From an uncultured Actinomycetes bacterium (GTDB taxonomy: Bacteria > Actinomycetota > Thermoleophilia > UBA2241), in contig CAVRZA010000011.1 in the NCBI GenBank assembly GCA_963725665.1, forward strand, positions 96,001 through 160,000: DNA of 64,000 bases. Direction: 5' to 3'. A program made the translations under genes and the position numbers. Positions 8,068 through 19,369 of this stretch are shown here, one piece after another; position 1 is the stretch's first letter; each line of letters begins with the position of its first letter. The notes beneath the pieces are model-generated. The model had not been told where the DNA came from. It ran no database searches and saw nothing but the letters and a program-made list of their open reading frames with translations.

Positions 8068-8268
8068 ATGCGAGTGCGTATCGACTACGACCGTTGCACG
8101 GGCGTGGCGGCCTGCGAGCAGGTCTGTCCGGAGGTGTTCCAGATCCGCGACGACGGCTTGGCCGAGGTCGTCGATGCCGAGCCCCACGAGACACTCTGGG
8201 AGTGCGTGCACCGCGCTCAGGAGGCCTGCCCCGAAGAGGCCATCCTCATCGAGGAAGACGGGGCGTAA
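8068..8268 (+). CDS. Ferredoxin, probably [3Fe-4S]
   Basis: CTGVAACEQVCPEVF...ACPEEAI; second cluster Cys replaced by Val. Confidence 0.88.
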   Translation: MRVRIDYDRCTGVAACEQVCPEVFQIRDDGLAEVVDAEPHETLWECVHRAQEACPEEAILIEEDGA

Positions 8269-8288
8269 GCTCGGGCGGCTGCGAGCGC

Positions 8289-8633
8289 CTACACCATCTC
8301 ACCGTCACCCGGCACCGGAGGCGCGGAGACGACGACGAAGGTGACCGGTCCGGCGCCGACGTTGGAGAGCTGACGCACGGCCCCTGCCGGCACGGCGAAC
8401 GCATCGCGCTCGCCCAGCTTGTGGATGGCGCCATCGACCTCGATCTCGGCGTCCCCCGCCAGCACGAGGTAGAGCTCCTCCTGTTCGCGGTGGCGGTGGC
8501 GCCGCATCTGGGCTCCTTCGGCGAGCGACCACACGTTGGCGCGCAGGTTGCGCGCTCCGAGCTCCTCGGTGAGGCGCTTCACGTGCACCTGTTCGGACAC
8601 GGTGTCGACGGGCACGGCGCGAACGGCCTTCAT
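8289..8633 (-). CDS. Cupin domain protein
   Basis: HRHREQEELYLVLAG...VPAGAVRQLSN. Confidence 0.85.
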   Translation of the reverse strand: MKAVRAVPVDTVSEQVHVKRLTEELGARNLRANVWSLAEGAQMRRHRHREQEELYLVLAGDAEIEVDGAIHKLGERDAFAVPAGAVRQLSNVGAGPVTFVVVSAPPVPGDGEMV

Positions 8634-8674
8634 GGGACTCCTTTGCCGAAAGGGACGGGACCCGACGCAGCGCT

Positions 8675-9310
8675 CTAGCGGGCGCTCTTCTCGAGGATCT
8701 CGACCGGCAGCGAGCAGCGCTCCTTGAAGCGCCTCGCATCAGCAGCCGAACCGACGATGTCGCCGTAGTGCATCGGGATCACGAGCTTGGCCTTGACCCT
8801 GTCGCACGCCTGCGCCGCCTCGTCCGCCGTCATCACGTAGGTGCCGCTCACGGGAAGCAACGCGACGTCCACCTCGATGTCGCTCATCTCGGGGATCACA
8901 TCGGTATCGCCGGCGTGGTAGACGCGCCTGCCGTCGAGCTCCACGATGTAGCCGACCTTGCCGTCGGCCTTGGGGTGGAACACCTGGCCCGGCCCGCGGA
9001 ACTTGTCAGTGTTGTAGGCCGGCACGGCGTGCACCGTCACGCCGCCGACCTCGATCGTCTGCCCGGGTGCGATCGTGCGCGTCTCACCGGCTACCTGCGA
9101 GGTCACCTCTTGGGGTCCCACGACGACGGTGTCCGGCTTGCGCAGCCGCCCGATGTCGTCGTTGCTCAAGTGGTCGAAGTGGTCGTGGGTCACGAGGATG
9201 ACATCCGCCGGCAGCGCGCCGGCAGCGAGCTTCCAGGGGTCGACGTACACGGTCTGCGAGCCTTCGAGGCGGAAGGAGTCGTGCCCCAACCAGGCGATGT
9301 TCTCGACCAT
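8675..9310 (-). CDS. MBL-fold metallo-hydrolase
   Basis: WLGHDSF, THDHFDH, YHAGDTD, IPMHYG. Confidence 0.9.
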   Translation of the reverse strand: MVENIAWLGHDSFRLEGSQTVYVDPWKLAAGALPADVILVTHDHFDHLSNDDIGRLRKPDTVVVGPQEVTSQVAGETRTIAPGQTIEVGGVTVHAVPAYNTDKFRGPGQVFHPKADGKVGYIVELDGRRVYHAGDTDVIPEMSDIEVDVALLPVSGTYVMTADEAAQACDRVKAKLVIPMHYGDIVGSAADARRFKERCSLPVEILEKSAR

Positions 9311-9403
9311 CTGGCCTCCGTTTCACGGGTGCGGCAAGAAGAGGCGCCGCGGCCTCGCGGCGCTCATGCGCCGCCGGGCCGCGGCGCCCGTTGCCCCGCC
9401 GCT

Positions 9404-9601
9404 CTAGACCGGCTTTACTTCGACGGCCTGCGGGCCCTTGCGGCCCTGGCCGATCTCGAACTCGACGCGCTCGGCGTCATGCAGGCTGGTCACACCCTCG
9501 GCTAGCCCGGTGACGTGGACGAAGATGTCCTCGCCCTCGTCCTGCTTGATGAAGCCGTAGCCCTTCTCCGTCGAGAACCACTTGACTGTTCCTTGAGGCA
9601 C
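9404..9601 (-). CDS. csp: Cold-shock protein
   Basis: GTVKWFSTEKGYGFI...DIFVH...KGPQA; GTG at 9601 with GGAGGAG RBS. Confidence 0.95.
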   Translation of the reverse strand: MPQGTVKWFSTEKGYGFIKQDEGEDIFVHVTGLAEGVTSLHDAERVEFEIGQGRKGPQAVEVKPV

Positions 9602-9832
9602 CGCTCCTCCTCGCTGCCTGAAGTGCCTTGACCGACGTTGTTGGGCGACGGTGTGCACTTCGCCCCCGCCACCCGGGGGCGCTTTGTCGTGAAGCGCGCC
9701 GTACTGCGGCACGTGCGACATACTCTACCCGTAAGCGCGGCGACCGCGAACCTTCGCCGATGGCGCCGCCCGCACGGCGATGCCTCGCGACGAGACGGAC
9801 ACGAACGGTGACGTCGGACCGCGGGGGGACCG

Positions 9833-10441
9833 CTACGAAGCGGTCGCGCCGCGCGTCACGGCGAAGATGGCGATGCGCGCCATGAGGTTGGGCAGGTGCT
9901 GGCTCGGCGCCGTGCGCTCGAACGAGCGCAAGAAGATCTCGCGCTCGACTTGCAGCCCCTCGTCGTGGCAGAGGGCGCGGAAGTCACGCACGGTGCAGAG
10001 GTGGATGTTCGGGGTGTCGTGCCACTGGTAGGGGAGCTCCCTGCTGACCGGCATCCTGCCACTGAGCAGGAGCTGCCCGCGCAGAGACCAGTGCGCGAAG
10101 TTGGGCATGCTCACCACCGCCAGCCGGCCCGCGCGGGCCATCTCGCGCACCACGAACCGCGGCCGGCGTAGCTGCTGCACGCTGAAGCTGAGGATGACCA
10201 CGTCGAACGAGCCGTCCTCGTAGTCGGCAAGCCCCTCGTCGAGGTCGCCGTGAAAGACCGAAAGTCCGCGCGCCACACAGGCACGCACAGCCTCCTGCGA
10301 GATGTCGACGCCGGAGCCGCGCACGTGCTTCTCGTGGATCAGCTTGTCGAGCAGCTCCCCGTCGCCGCAGCCCAGGTCGAGCACCGTCGTGCCGTCGGGC
10401 ACGAGGTCCTCGATGATCTGGTAGTCGACGCGCTGCGCCAC
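9833..10441 (-). CDS. metW: Methionine biosynthesis protein MetW
   Basis: VLDLGCGDG, PNFAHW, LPYQWHDTPNIH; directly after metX. Confidence 0.93.
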   Translation of the reverse strand: MAQRVDYQIIEDLVPDGTTVLDLGCGDGELLDKLIHEKHVRGSGVDISQEAVRACVARGLSVFHGDLDEGLADYEDGSFDVVILSFSVQQLRRPRFVVREMARAGRLAVVSMPNFAHWSLRGQLLLSGRMPVSRELPYQWHDTPNIHLCTVRDFRALCHDEGLQVEREIFLRSFERTAPSQHLPNLMARIAIFAVTRGATAS

Positions 10442-11691
10442 TACGACTCGCCGCCCGGAGCAGCCGGCCCGGTCTCGACGCCGGCACGCGGCTGCACGCG
10501 CATCGAGCGCGACCCGCTGTCGAGGAAGGCGGCGATGATGCCCTCCATCTTCTCGCGCTCGAGCAAGAAGGCGTCGTGGCCGTAGTGCGACTCGACCTCG
10601 TAGTAGCTCACGTGCTTGTGCGTCGCGCGCAGGGCGCTGACGATCTCCTTGAGCTGATACGGCGGATGCAGCCAGTCGCTCGAGAAGGCCATCACCAGGA
10701 AGCGCGCGGTCGCGTCGCGGAAGACGTCGACCAGGCTACGTTGGCCGTTGGTCAGGTCGAAGTAGTCGATGGCCCTGGTGATGTAGAGGTAGGCGTTGGC
10801 GTCGAAGCGTCCCGTGAACGAGACGCCCTGGTGACGCAGGTAGCTCTCGACCTCGAAGTCGGCCGAGAAGCTGAAGGAGTAGTCCTCGATGTCACGCAGA
10901 CGGCGGCCGAACTTCTCGCGCATCGCCTCGTCGGAGAGATAGGTGATGTGCCCCAGCATGCGCGCCACGGCCAGCCCCTTGGCCGGCGACTTCTTGCCGT
11001 AGTAGTGGCCGCCACGCCAGTTGGGATCGGCCATGATCGCTTGCCGGCCGACCTCGTTGAAGGCGATGGCCTGCGTGGACTGGCGCGCCGCGCACGCCAC
11101 GGGGATGGCGAGGTGCACGCGGCTGGGGTGGGCGACCGCCAACTGCAATACTTGCATGCCGCCCATGGAGCCGCCGACGGCGGCCAGTAGCTTGCCGATG
11201 CCCAGGTGGTCGAGTAGCAGCACCTGCGCGTCCATCATATCGGCGATCGTGATCATCGGGAAGCCCGTGCCGTACGGCCGCCCGGTCTGCGGGTCGATCG
11301 ACGCCGGACCCGTAGAACCGCTGCAGCCGCCGAGGACGTTCGCGCAGACGACGAAGTACTTCTCGGTGTCGAGCGCCTTGCCGGGACCGATGAGCATGTC
11401 CCACCATCCGGCGCGCTTGTCGTTGGCGCTGTGGCGGCCGGCGACGTGGGCGTCACCCGAGAGCGCGTGACAGACCAGGACGGCGTTGTCGCGCGCCTCA
11501 CTCAGCGTGCCGTACGTCTCATAGGCGAGCGTGAAGGGGCCGAGCCGCCGGCCGCTCTCGAGCAGCAGGGGCGCGGCCGGCGGCTCGGCCAGCGTCACCT
11601 TGCGCGTGCGCGTGACGCCGGCGGAGCCGGTATCGCTGTCCGTGCCGATGGGCACGTCACCGATCTGCTTGTCGATGGCCTTGCCGTCCAT
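10441..11691 (-). CDS. metX: Homoserine O-acetyltransferase
   Basis: CHALSGDAH, GGCSGSTGP, GGSMGG nucleophile motif, GHDAFL. Confidence 0.95.
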   Translation of the reverse strand: MDGKAIDKQIGDVPIGTDSDTGSAGVTRTRKVTLAEPPAAPLLLESGRRLGPFTLAYETYGTLSEARDNAVLVCHALSGDAHVAGRHSANDKRAGWWDMLIGPGKALDTEKYFVVCANVLGGCSGSTGPASIDPQTGRPYGTGFPMITIADMMDAQVLLLDHLGIGKLLAAVGGSMGGMQVLQLAVAHPSRVHLAIPVACAARQSTQAIAFNEVGRQAIMADPNWRGGHYYGKKSPAKGLAVARMLGHITYLSDEAMREKFGRRLRDIEDYSFSFSADFEVESYLRHQGVSFTGRFDANAYLYITRAIDYFDLTNGQRSLVDVFRDATARFLVMAFSSDWLHPPYQLKEIVSALRATHKHVSYYEVESHYGHDAFLLEREKMEGIIAAFLDSGSRSMRVQPRAGVETGPAAPGGES

Positions 11692-11847
11692 GATGCCTCT
11701 CGGACCGCCCCTGTCGCGCTCCCCTCGCGCGGCCGCGCAGGTCACGAGTCACCGTTGAGCCTTGCGCAGACCGAGCAGATTGTACTCGCAACGACCGCGG
11801 CGGCGGTATCGACGATGCGGCGGCCTCGCCGTGTGAGGCCGCCGCCT

Positions 11848-13164
<1,317 letters not shown>

Positions 13165-13178
13165 CTAGTGAGCGGACG

Positions 13179-13580
13179 TCAGATGTAGTACATGGGCGAG
13201 GCCGCGGCGCGCGCCGCGGCCTCGCCCACGGACATGGTACATAGGACGTCCCAGGCCTCGCGGCGGACTCGGTCCCAGGCCGGCTGGATGATCCTGTCGG
13301 CCTCGACCCCGTTCCTCCCGAAGCCGCCGTTGAACGGCCCCTCGACGGCCTCGACGACGTCGGCGAACGTGATGTCGCCGGGGTCGCGGGTCAGCTCGTA
13401 GCCCCCCGTCCTGCCGCGCCGGCTCGTGACGATGCCCGCCTGGCGCAGGTCGTGCATGACCTGCTCCACGAACTTGCGCGGGATGTCGCCGAAGTCGGCG
13501 ATCTCGTGCGCGTGCACCGGCCTCGCACCGGATGCCAGCGCAAGACGCACGACCGCCTTGATGGCGTACTGCGTGCGCAA
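13179..13580 (-). CDS. Rrf2 family regulator, CymR-like
   Basis: SRRGRTGGYELTRDPGDITFADVVEAVEG; C-terminal MYYI; no three-Cys IscR motif. Confidence 0.88.
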   Translation of the reverse strand: MRTQYAIKAVVRLALASGARPVHAHEIADFGDIPRKFVEQVMHDLRQAGIVTSRRGRTGGYELTRDPGDITFADVVEAVEGPFNGGFGRNGVEADRIIQPAWDRVRREAWDVLCTMSVGEAAARAAASPMYYI

Positions 13581-13817
13581 CGAGGGGTCGAAGCTGCCCG
13601 TTTTGTCCCCTTTCCTCTAGGAATGAGGTAACTTAGTTCCCCGAGGGGTCGCACGTCAAGCGGGTGCCGATGGTTTCGTGCCTGCCGCCGAGGCGGTCGT
13701 CAGGCGGCCTTGGCGGCGGATCAACGACGCCTCGCGCGAGACTGCGACGGTGTTGCGCGCGGTAGTATCGCGAAAGCGACGGCGAAGACGCCGTGTGAAC
13801 GATGACGAGGAGGCGGA

Positions 13818-14056
13818 ATGAGCCCGCTGCCGACGTCGGTGACGATTCCTTTCGTGTTCGGGAAGCCCGTCAACATCTGGCTGGGCATGGTCCTCGCCGT
13901 GCTGGCCGTGCTGGCCGTGCTGCAGGTGCTGCTCGGCACGCGTGTACTCAAGCTGCCCTTCGCGCTGCATAGGGTCAACGGGTTCGTGATCCTGCCATCG
14001 TGAGCGTGCACGGATTCATCGGCTACATGGTCTGGTTCCACGGCTGGGTCTATTGA
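13818..14056 (+). CDS. Small membrane protein with His pair (frameshift near 13994)
   Basis: GGAGG RBS; hydrophobic ORF that continues in another frame as AIVSVHGFIGYMVWFHGWVY* and stops 2 nt before murB. Confidence 0.6.
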
Positions 14057-14058
14057 CG

Positions 14059-14964
14059 ATGCTCTTGGAGGAGATCAGGGCAGCTCTGCAGCGCGAGCTG
14101 CCGGGGTTGCAGGACGACGAGCCTCTGGCTCAGTACTGCGCCTACGCCGTGGGCGGACCGGCGGAGCTGCTCTACAGGGCGACGACGACGGCGCGGCTGC
14201 GCCGCGCCGTCGTCGTCGCCCACGAACTCGCCGCGCCCCTCACGGTGCTCGGCCTGGGCACCAACGTGCTGATCAGCGAGCACGGCATCGGGGGCCTCGT
14301 CGTCCTCGCCCGTAACGGCGAGGCGGACCTCGACGGCGAGTTGCTGCACGTCGGCGCCGGCGCCTCCACCGTCGCCGTCATCACCGACCTCGCCGAACGG
14401 GGGCTGGCCGGCCTGGAGTTCGCCGGCAACATACCGGGGTCATTCGGGGGCGCCGTCGTCGGCAACGCCGGCGCCTACGGCCGCTCCGTCGCCGACGTTC
14501 TGGTGGAGTGCAGTTTGATCGAGGAGGGCCGCGAGAGTCGGGCGACCGCCGCGGATCTCGGCTTCGACTACCGAACGAGCGCTCTGAAGCGAGGGCGCCG
14601 GGCGATCGTGCTCGACGCTACCTTCGCCGTACGACAGGGGGAGCCCGGCGGCCTGCTCGCCGAGATAGCCCGTGACGCCGAGCTGCGGCGCGCCAAGCAC
14701 CCCCTCGAGTGGGCCTCCTGCGGCAGCTACTTCAAGAACCCCTCGCGCGAGGTGCCGGCCGCGCGGCTGATCGAGGAGGCCGGTCTCAAGGGCTTCACCG
14801 TCGGCCGGGCGCAGGTGAGCGAGAAGCACGCCAACTTCCTCGTCGCACTGCCCGGCGCCGTGGCGGGCGACATCCGCACGCTCGGCGAGGCCGTGAAGCA
14901 GCGCGTGTTCGAGCACTGCGGCGTCAACCTGGTCGAAGAGGTGACGCTGCTGGGGTTCGACTGA
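14059..14964 (+). CDS. murB: UDP-N-acetylenolpyruvoylglucosamine reductase
   Basis: VGGPA, GLGTNVLI, IPGSFGGAVVGNAGAYG, SCGSYFKNP, SEKHANF. Confidence 0.95.
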   Translation: MLLEEIRAALQRELPGLQDDEPLAQYCAYAVGGPAELLYRATTTARLRRAVVVAHELAAPLTVLGLGTNVLISEHGIGGLVVLARNGEADLDGELLHVGAGASTVAVITDLAERGLAGLEFAGNIPGSFGGAVVGNAGAYGRSVADVLVECSLIEEGRESRATAADLGFDYRTSALKRGRRAIVLDATFAVRQGEPGGLLAEIARDAELRRAKHPLEWASCGSYFKNPSREVPAARLIEEAGLKGFTVGRAQVSEKHANFLVALPGAVAGDIRTLGEAVKQRVFEHCGVNLVEEVTLLGFD

Positions 14965-15034
14965 GCCGGGCTATACTGACCCCCGGCGGCGCCGTGCCTC
15001 GCCATCGCCCGTTGTCGCTCATCTGGGGACGCGG

Positions 15035-15061
15035 CGAACCCCGGCGCCCCGGCCTGCGTCT
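15035..15061 (+). promoter_or_regulatory. Putative ECF-sigma (autoregulatory) promoter
   Basis: GAAC (15036-15039), 17 nt, then CGTC (15057-15060), directly upstream of the ECF gene RBS. Confidence 0.55.
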
Positions 15062-15079
15062 CCCACCTCGGAGGACGAG

Positions 15080-15619
15080 ATAGAGGAACTGCCCCCCGGC
15101 CTGCTGGAAAGGGTGCGCAAGGGCCAGCCCGAAGCGCGGGCAGAGCTCTTTCGCCGCTACGCGCCGCAGGCGCGCGAGATCCTCTTCCTCCAGGGCATGT
15201 GTGACGATCTGGACGACGCGGTGCAGGAGGTGTTCCTCAAGGTGTTCCGCGCGACGCTGCCGGTCGAAGAGCGGTTCTTGAGCTGGCTCTACACCGTCAT
15301 CCTCAACACGGGGCGCGACCTCGGGCGGCGGCGCAAGACCCGCCAGGGCCTCTTGCGCCGCCTCGAAGAGGTCGCGCCCGAGTCGGTCGCGACGCCGGCT
15401 TTCGAACCCACGCTCGGTGATCCCGCCATCAAGCAGGCACTGCGCGAGCTGCCGACGGAGTTCCGCGAGGCCGTCGCGCTGCGCTTCTACGCCGACCTGC
15501 CGCTCGAAGAGATCGCACGTTGCCAGGGCGTGCCGTTGGGTACAGTGAAGTCACGGTTGCACAGCGCGCTGTCGCGCTTGCGTACAGCGTTGCTCGAGAC
15601 AGGGGCGAGAAGTGGTTGA
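15080..15619 (+). CDS. ECF RNA polymerase sigma factor (start either ATA 15080 or GTG 15113)
   Basis: DDAVQEVFLKVF, FLSWLYTV, EEIARCQGVPLGTVKSRLHSA. Confidence 0.9.
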   Translation: MEELPPGLLERVRKGQPEARAELFRRYAPQAREILFLQGMCDDLDDAVQEVFLKVFRATLPVEERFLSWLYTVILNTGRDLGRRRKTRQGLLRRLEEVAPESVATPAFEPTLGDPAIKQALRELPTEFREAVALRFYADLPLEEIARCQGVPLGTVKSRLHSALSRLRTALLETGARSG

Positions 15620-16443
15620 GATCTCCGACGAACGCCTCATAGACCACGCTCTCGGGCTCGAGGACGATCCCGAGCTGGAGCAGGAGCTGGCGCGCTCTGG
15701 GGAGCTGCGCGAGCGGCTGCAGCTCCTCGAGGCCGACCTGCGCCAGATCGACACCGAGCTGCACGGCGTGCTGCCGGCCGTCGAAGAAGGCTGGGCGGAC
15801 CTCTCGCATGAGCGGTGGCGCCGACTCCAGCCCTTCCTCGAGCCGCCGGCGGCACGGCGGAGCCGCTCGCTGCGTTCGCGGCTCCTCGTGCCGGCCCTCG
15901 CGCTGCTCGTCGTGGCCGCGCTGCTCGTGGGCGTCTTTAACCTGCGCGACGTCGGCACGCAGAGCAGCCGCACGTCGGCCGGACGACAGTGCCGCCGCCC
16001 CCGAGGCGGCGGGCATCCCCTCGGCGTTGCAGAAGGCGGTCGGCGGGCTGGCGACCGGCTACCACCAGGTGGTCGTCGCGCAGGCCGGCGCTGTGCAGGA
16101 CGGCCGCCAGCCCTACGAGGTCGTGCGCGTCCTCAAAGGGCCGGCGCTGACGAGCTTGACGGTCGACCTCGGGAGCGCCACGGGGGTACCCGAGGGGAGC
16201 CTGCAGGTGGTGTACCTCGATCCACTGAGCTCACCGCCCGCGAAGGCCCAAGACGGACAGGCGACCCTGGGCACTGGCGGGGCGACCGGCGCGACCCCAG
16301 CCCCTTCCGGCCAGAACGGGGACTTCGGCGCGGGCGGCCAGCCGACGGTCGCGAGCCCTCAGGCCGCGACCGTCGACGGCAAGCCCGCCCTCGTGCAGCC
16401 CCTGCCCTCGGGAGTCGATCCCAACACGTTGAGTCTGCCCTAG
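15612..16443 (+). CDS. Putative membrane anti-sigma factor (frameshift near 15975-15990)
   Basis: Overlaps the sigma stop; short N-terminal domain, one TM helix, then an extracytoplasmic part continuing in ORF 15808..16443. Confidence 0.65.
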
Positions 16444-16446
16444 CAG

Positions 16447-17082
16447 ATGACGTCGGCCGGCTACTTCAGCGACACAAAGCCAGTCCTCCTTGAGCTCGTC
16501 GATCCCGCCGGCATGCGTGTGCTCGATGCCGGCTGCGGCGCCGGCGGCAACGGCGCCCTGATGAAGGGCGCCGGCGCCGCCGAGGTAGTCGGCATCGAGC
16601 TGCACCCGACCGCTGCGCAGCGGGCACGCGCCGTCTGCGATCGCGTGCTCGAGGGCGACCTGGCCGATCTCGATCTCGAGGCGCTCGGCCCGGCGTCCTT
16701 CGACCTCGTCCTGGCCATCGACGTCCTCGAGCATCTCCCGGCGCCTCAGGAAGTCCTTCAGCGACTCGTCGGCCTCCTCAGACCCGGCGGCCTCCTCGTC
16801 GCCTGCATCCCCAACGTGGCTCACGTCTGGGTGTTTGCCAACCTCCTCGCGCAGACTTGGCCGCAGAAGGACAGCGGCATCTTCGACCGCACGCACCTGC
16901 GTTTCTTCGCTCGCCGCGACATGGTCGCCCTGCTAGAAGGCGCCGGCCTCGAGGTCACCGCCGTGCGCCCCTACTTCACGCGCTACCGCTCCCTGGAGCT
17001 CCTTTCACTGATCGCCTCCCTGTACGTGTTCCGCAGCTTCTGGGCGCGGCAGTTCCTCCTCGTCGGGCGCAAGCCGGCGTAG
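16447..17082 (+). CDS. Class I SAM-dependent methyltransferase
   Basis: VLDAGCGAG, DVLEHLPAP, GIFDRTHLRFF. Confidence 0.88.
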   Translation: MTSAGYFSDTKPVLLELVDPAGMRVLDAGCGAGGNGALMKGAGAAEVVGIELHPTAAQRARAVCDRVLEGDLADLDLEALGPASFDLVLAIDVLEHLPAPQEVLQRLVGLLRPGGLLVACIPNVAHVWVFANLLAQTWPQKDSGIFDRTHLRFFARRDMVALLEGAGLEVTAVRPYFTRYRSLELLSLIASLYVFRSFWARQFLLVGRKPA

Positions 17083-17257
17083 GTCTCACCGGGCCGCGAG
17101 ACCACGCCGCTCAGGCGAAGCCGGATCGGCGCCGGACCCAGCCGACGTCGGCGCCGGACCGCGGTCCGTCTTCGACGCAGCGGGGTATACTACCGCCGCC
17201 GTACCTCCCGGCGCGGCAGTCATCGCCCGACCGTCAGGTCGCGAAGGGGGTCACCGA

Positions 17258-18022
17258 GTGGGACTGCTCGACGGGCGCAATGTGCTGATCATGGGCGTCG
17301 CGAACCAGCGCAGCATCGCCTGGGCGGTGGCCAAGGCGGTCCACCGAGAAGGCGGCAGGGTGGCGCTCACCTATCAGGCTGAGCGGCTCAAGCGCCGCCT
17401 TGCGGAGCTGGCGCAGGAGCTCGCCGACGTCCCCCTCATCGAATGCGACGTGCGCGCGGACAAGGCGATCCGCAGGGCGGTCGAGGAGCTGGCTGAAGCG
17501 ATGCCTGTGCTCGACGGCATCGTGCACAGCGTCGCCTACGCGCCCGCCGAAGACCTGCAGGGCAACTTCGTGGAGACGACTCGTCTGGGATTCGCCCAGG
17601 CCAACGACATCAGCGCCTACAGTCTCATCGCCGTGGCTCGCGAGGCGCACCGGCTTATGAGCCGCGGCGGTTCCGTCGTGACGATGACCTACCAGGGCTC
17701 CCGGCGGGTGATCCCCAACTACAACGTGATGGGACCGGCCAAGGCCTCGCTCGAGGCGAGCGTGCGCTACCTGGCCGCCGACCTGGGGCGGGTGGGCATC
17801 CGCGTGAACGCCGTCTCGGCGGGCCCGATCCACACCGTGGCGGCACGCAGCATCAAGGACTTCGGCACGATGCTCGACATGATGGAGAAGCACACGCCCT
17901 TGCGCCGCAACGTGACCGCCGACGAGGTCGCCGACGCCGCTGTCTTCCTGCTCAGCGACCTCTCACGCGCCGTGACCGGCGAGATCCTGCACGTCGACGC
18001 CGGGGCGCACGCGGTCACGTAG
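17258..18022 (+). CDS. fabI: Enoyl-ACP reductase (NADH)
   Basis: MGVANQRSIAW, YNVMGPAKASLE, VNAVSAGPI. Confidence 0.95.
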   Translation: MGLLDGRNVLIMGVANQRSIAWAVAKAVHREGGRVALTYQAERLKRRLAELAQELADVPLIECDVRADKAIRRAVEELAEAMPVLDGIVHSVAYAPAEDLQGNFVETTRLGFAQANDISAYSLIAVAREAHRLMSRGGSVVTMTYQGSRRVIPNYNVMGPAKASLEASVRYLAADLGRVGIRVNAVSAGPIHTVAARSIKDFGTMLDMMEKHTPLRRNVTADEVADAAVFLLSDLSRAVTGEILHVDAGAHAVT

Positions 18023-18104
18023 TCCGGTCGCTCGCCCTCCCGCGCCCGACGCAGCGCCGAGTGCGCCGAAGTGGTGCGACGCCGGCGCGTCGCAGTGTGC
18101 GCGC

Positions 18105-18449
18105 CTACTGCTGCACTGGCGGCGCCGGGGCGTCCCCGGGCGAACCCTCCCCGGGCGCCGCCGGAGCCTGCTCCGCTCGAGCAGCCGCCTGCTCCTCTTC
18201 GTAGATCTCCTGCGACTCGCGGATCATGCGGCGCATGCGCGGCGTAGCCTCATTGAGCCGCAGCGCCCACCACTCGTCGAGGGGCACCGACTTGAGCTCC
18301 TTGTACTTGAAGTAGAGGAGCACGACGATCACCGCCAGAACGATCTCAACGACAATCAGCGCGATGAGGCGCGTGCCCAGCGGCGGCGAGAGCGGTATCT
18401 GGCCGACGAGCGCCCACACAAGGGCGACGGACACGGCGAAGCCGCTCAT
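18105..18449 (-). CDS. Small membrane protein, last gene of the Rieske/cytochrome b operon
   Basis: ATG overlaps the cytochrome c stop; TM segment LIALIVVEIVLAVIVVLLYFKYK. Confidence 0.7.
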   Translation of the reverse strand: MSGFAVSVALVWALVGQIPLSPPLGTRLIALIVVEIVLAVIVVLLYFKYKELKSVPLDEWWALRLNEATPRMRRMIRESQEIYEEEQAAARAEQAPAAPGEGSPGDAPAPPVQQ

Positions 18450-19369
18450 CACGGGCTCCCCGAGGTCTCGGGCGACGGCGACGCGCCGGAGCTCGACGAC
18501 GAGCCGCCGACGAGCGGCAGGGTCGGCGCCGCCGGTGGCGCCGGCAGCTTCGCACCCTTGGGCCCGTCCTGGATGTAGGGCAGGATCCGCTTGACCTGCT
18601 GCGTGGAGAGGATCTGCCCCCAGGCCGGCATGAGCAGCTCGCCCTTGGCGCCGGGCTCCGTCACCGACCCGTTCATGATGAAGTCCACGAACTCCGCCAG
18701 CGTCGCGGTGTCGTCGGGGTTGCGCAAGAAGGGAACCTCCTTGTCGGCGCTGGCCGGGTTGGGCGCCGGGGGTGGGGTGGCGTTCGGCCCCACCTGACCG
18801 TGGCACCAGATGCAGGCGTAGGCGACGTAGATGTCCGATGCCTTCGCCACGTTCTGATCGACCTCGACACCGGTGTGCGGGAAGCCGGCCAGGATGTAGG
18901 CCGCGATGGCGTTCATCTGCGCGTCGTTGATGACTCCCTTCCACGACGGCATGTTGATGACGCCGGGCTTCTTCGAGACGACGCCGCCTTCCTGCAGCAC
19001 AGTCGTGATCTGCGCCGCGTTGGTGAACTTCTCATCCGCCTCGCGGTAGACGTTGTTGAGCGGCGGGATGGTGTCGTCGCCGCCCTTGTTCAGCCGGTTG
19101 GGGATACCGCCGACGCCATCGGGCGCGTGGCAGCGCACGCAGGCGAAGTCGATGTAGAGCTGGGCGCCGTCCTTGACCTGCTGGCTCACGGCGACAGTCC
19201 CTCCACCCGAGGCGCCGGGCGTCGGGCTCCCGCTGCCCGGCGCCTCGGGCGTAGCGAGGCTGGCGCAGCCGGCCACTCCCAGGGCGGCGACGGCGAGCGC
19301 GGCGACGAGCACGACTGCTCCCAGCAGCGACGGCGGTCTCATGCGGGTCCTCCTTGTCTCGCCGCTCAT
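18449..19369 (-). CDS. Diheme c-type cytochrome lipoprotein
   Basis: CVRCH and CIWCH, distal MPSW/MPAW, lipobox LGVAGC. Confidence 0.88.
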   Translation of the reverse strand: MSGETRRTRMRPPSLLGAVVLVAALAVAALGVAGCASLATPEAPGSGSPTPGASGGGTVAVSQQVKDGAQLYIDFACVRCHAPDGVGGIPNRLNKGGDDTIPPLNNVYREADEKFTNAAQITTVLQEGGVVSKKPGVINMPSWKGVINDAQMNAIAAYILAGFPHTGVEVDQNVAKASDIYVAYACIWCHGQVGPNATPPPAPNPASADKEVPFLRNPDDTATLAEFVDFIMNGSVTEPGAKGELLMPAWGQILSTQQVKRILPYIQDGPKGAKLPAPPAAPTLPLVGGSSSSSGASPSPETSGSP

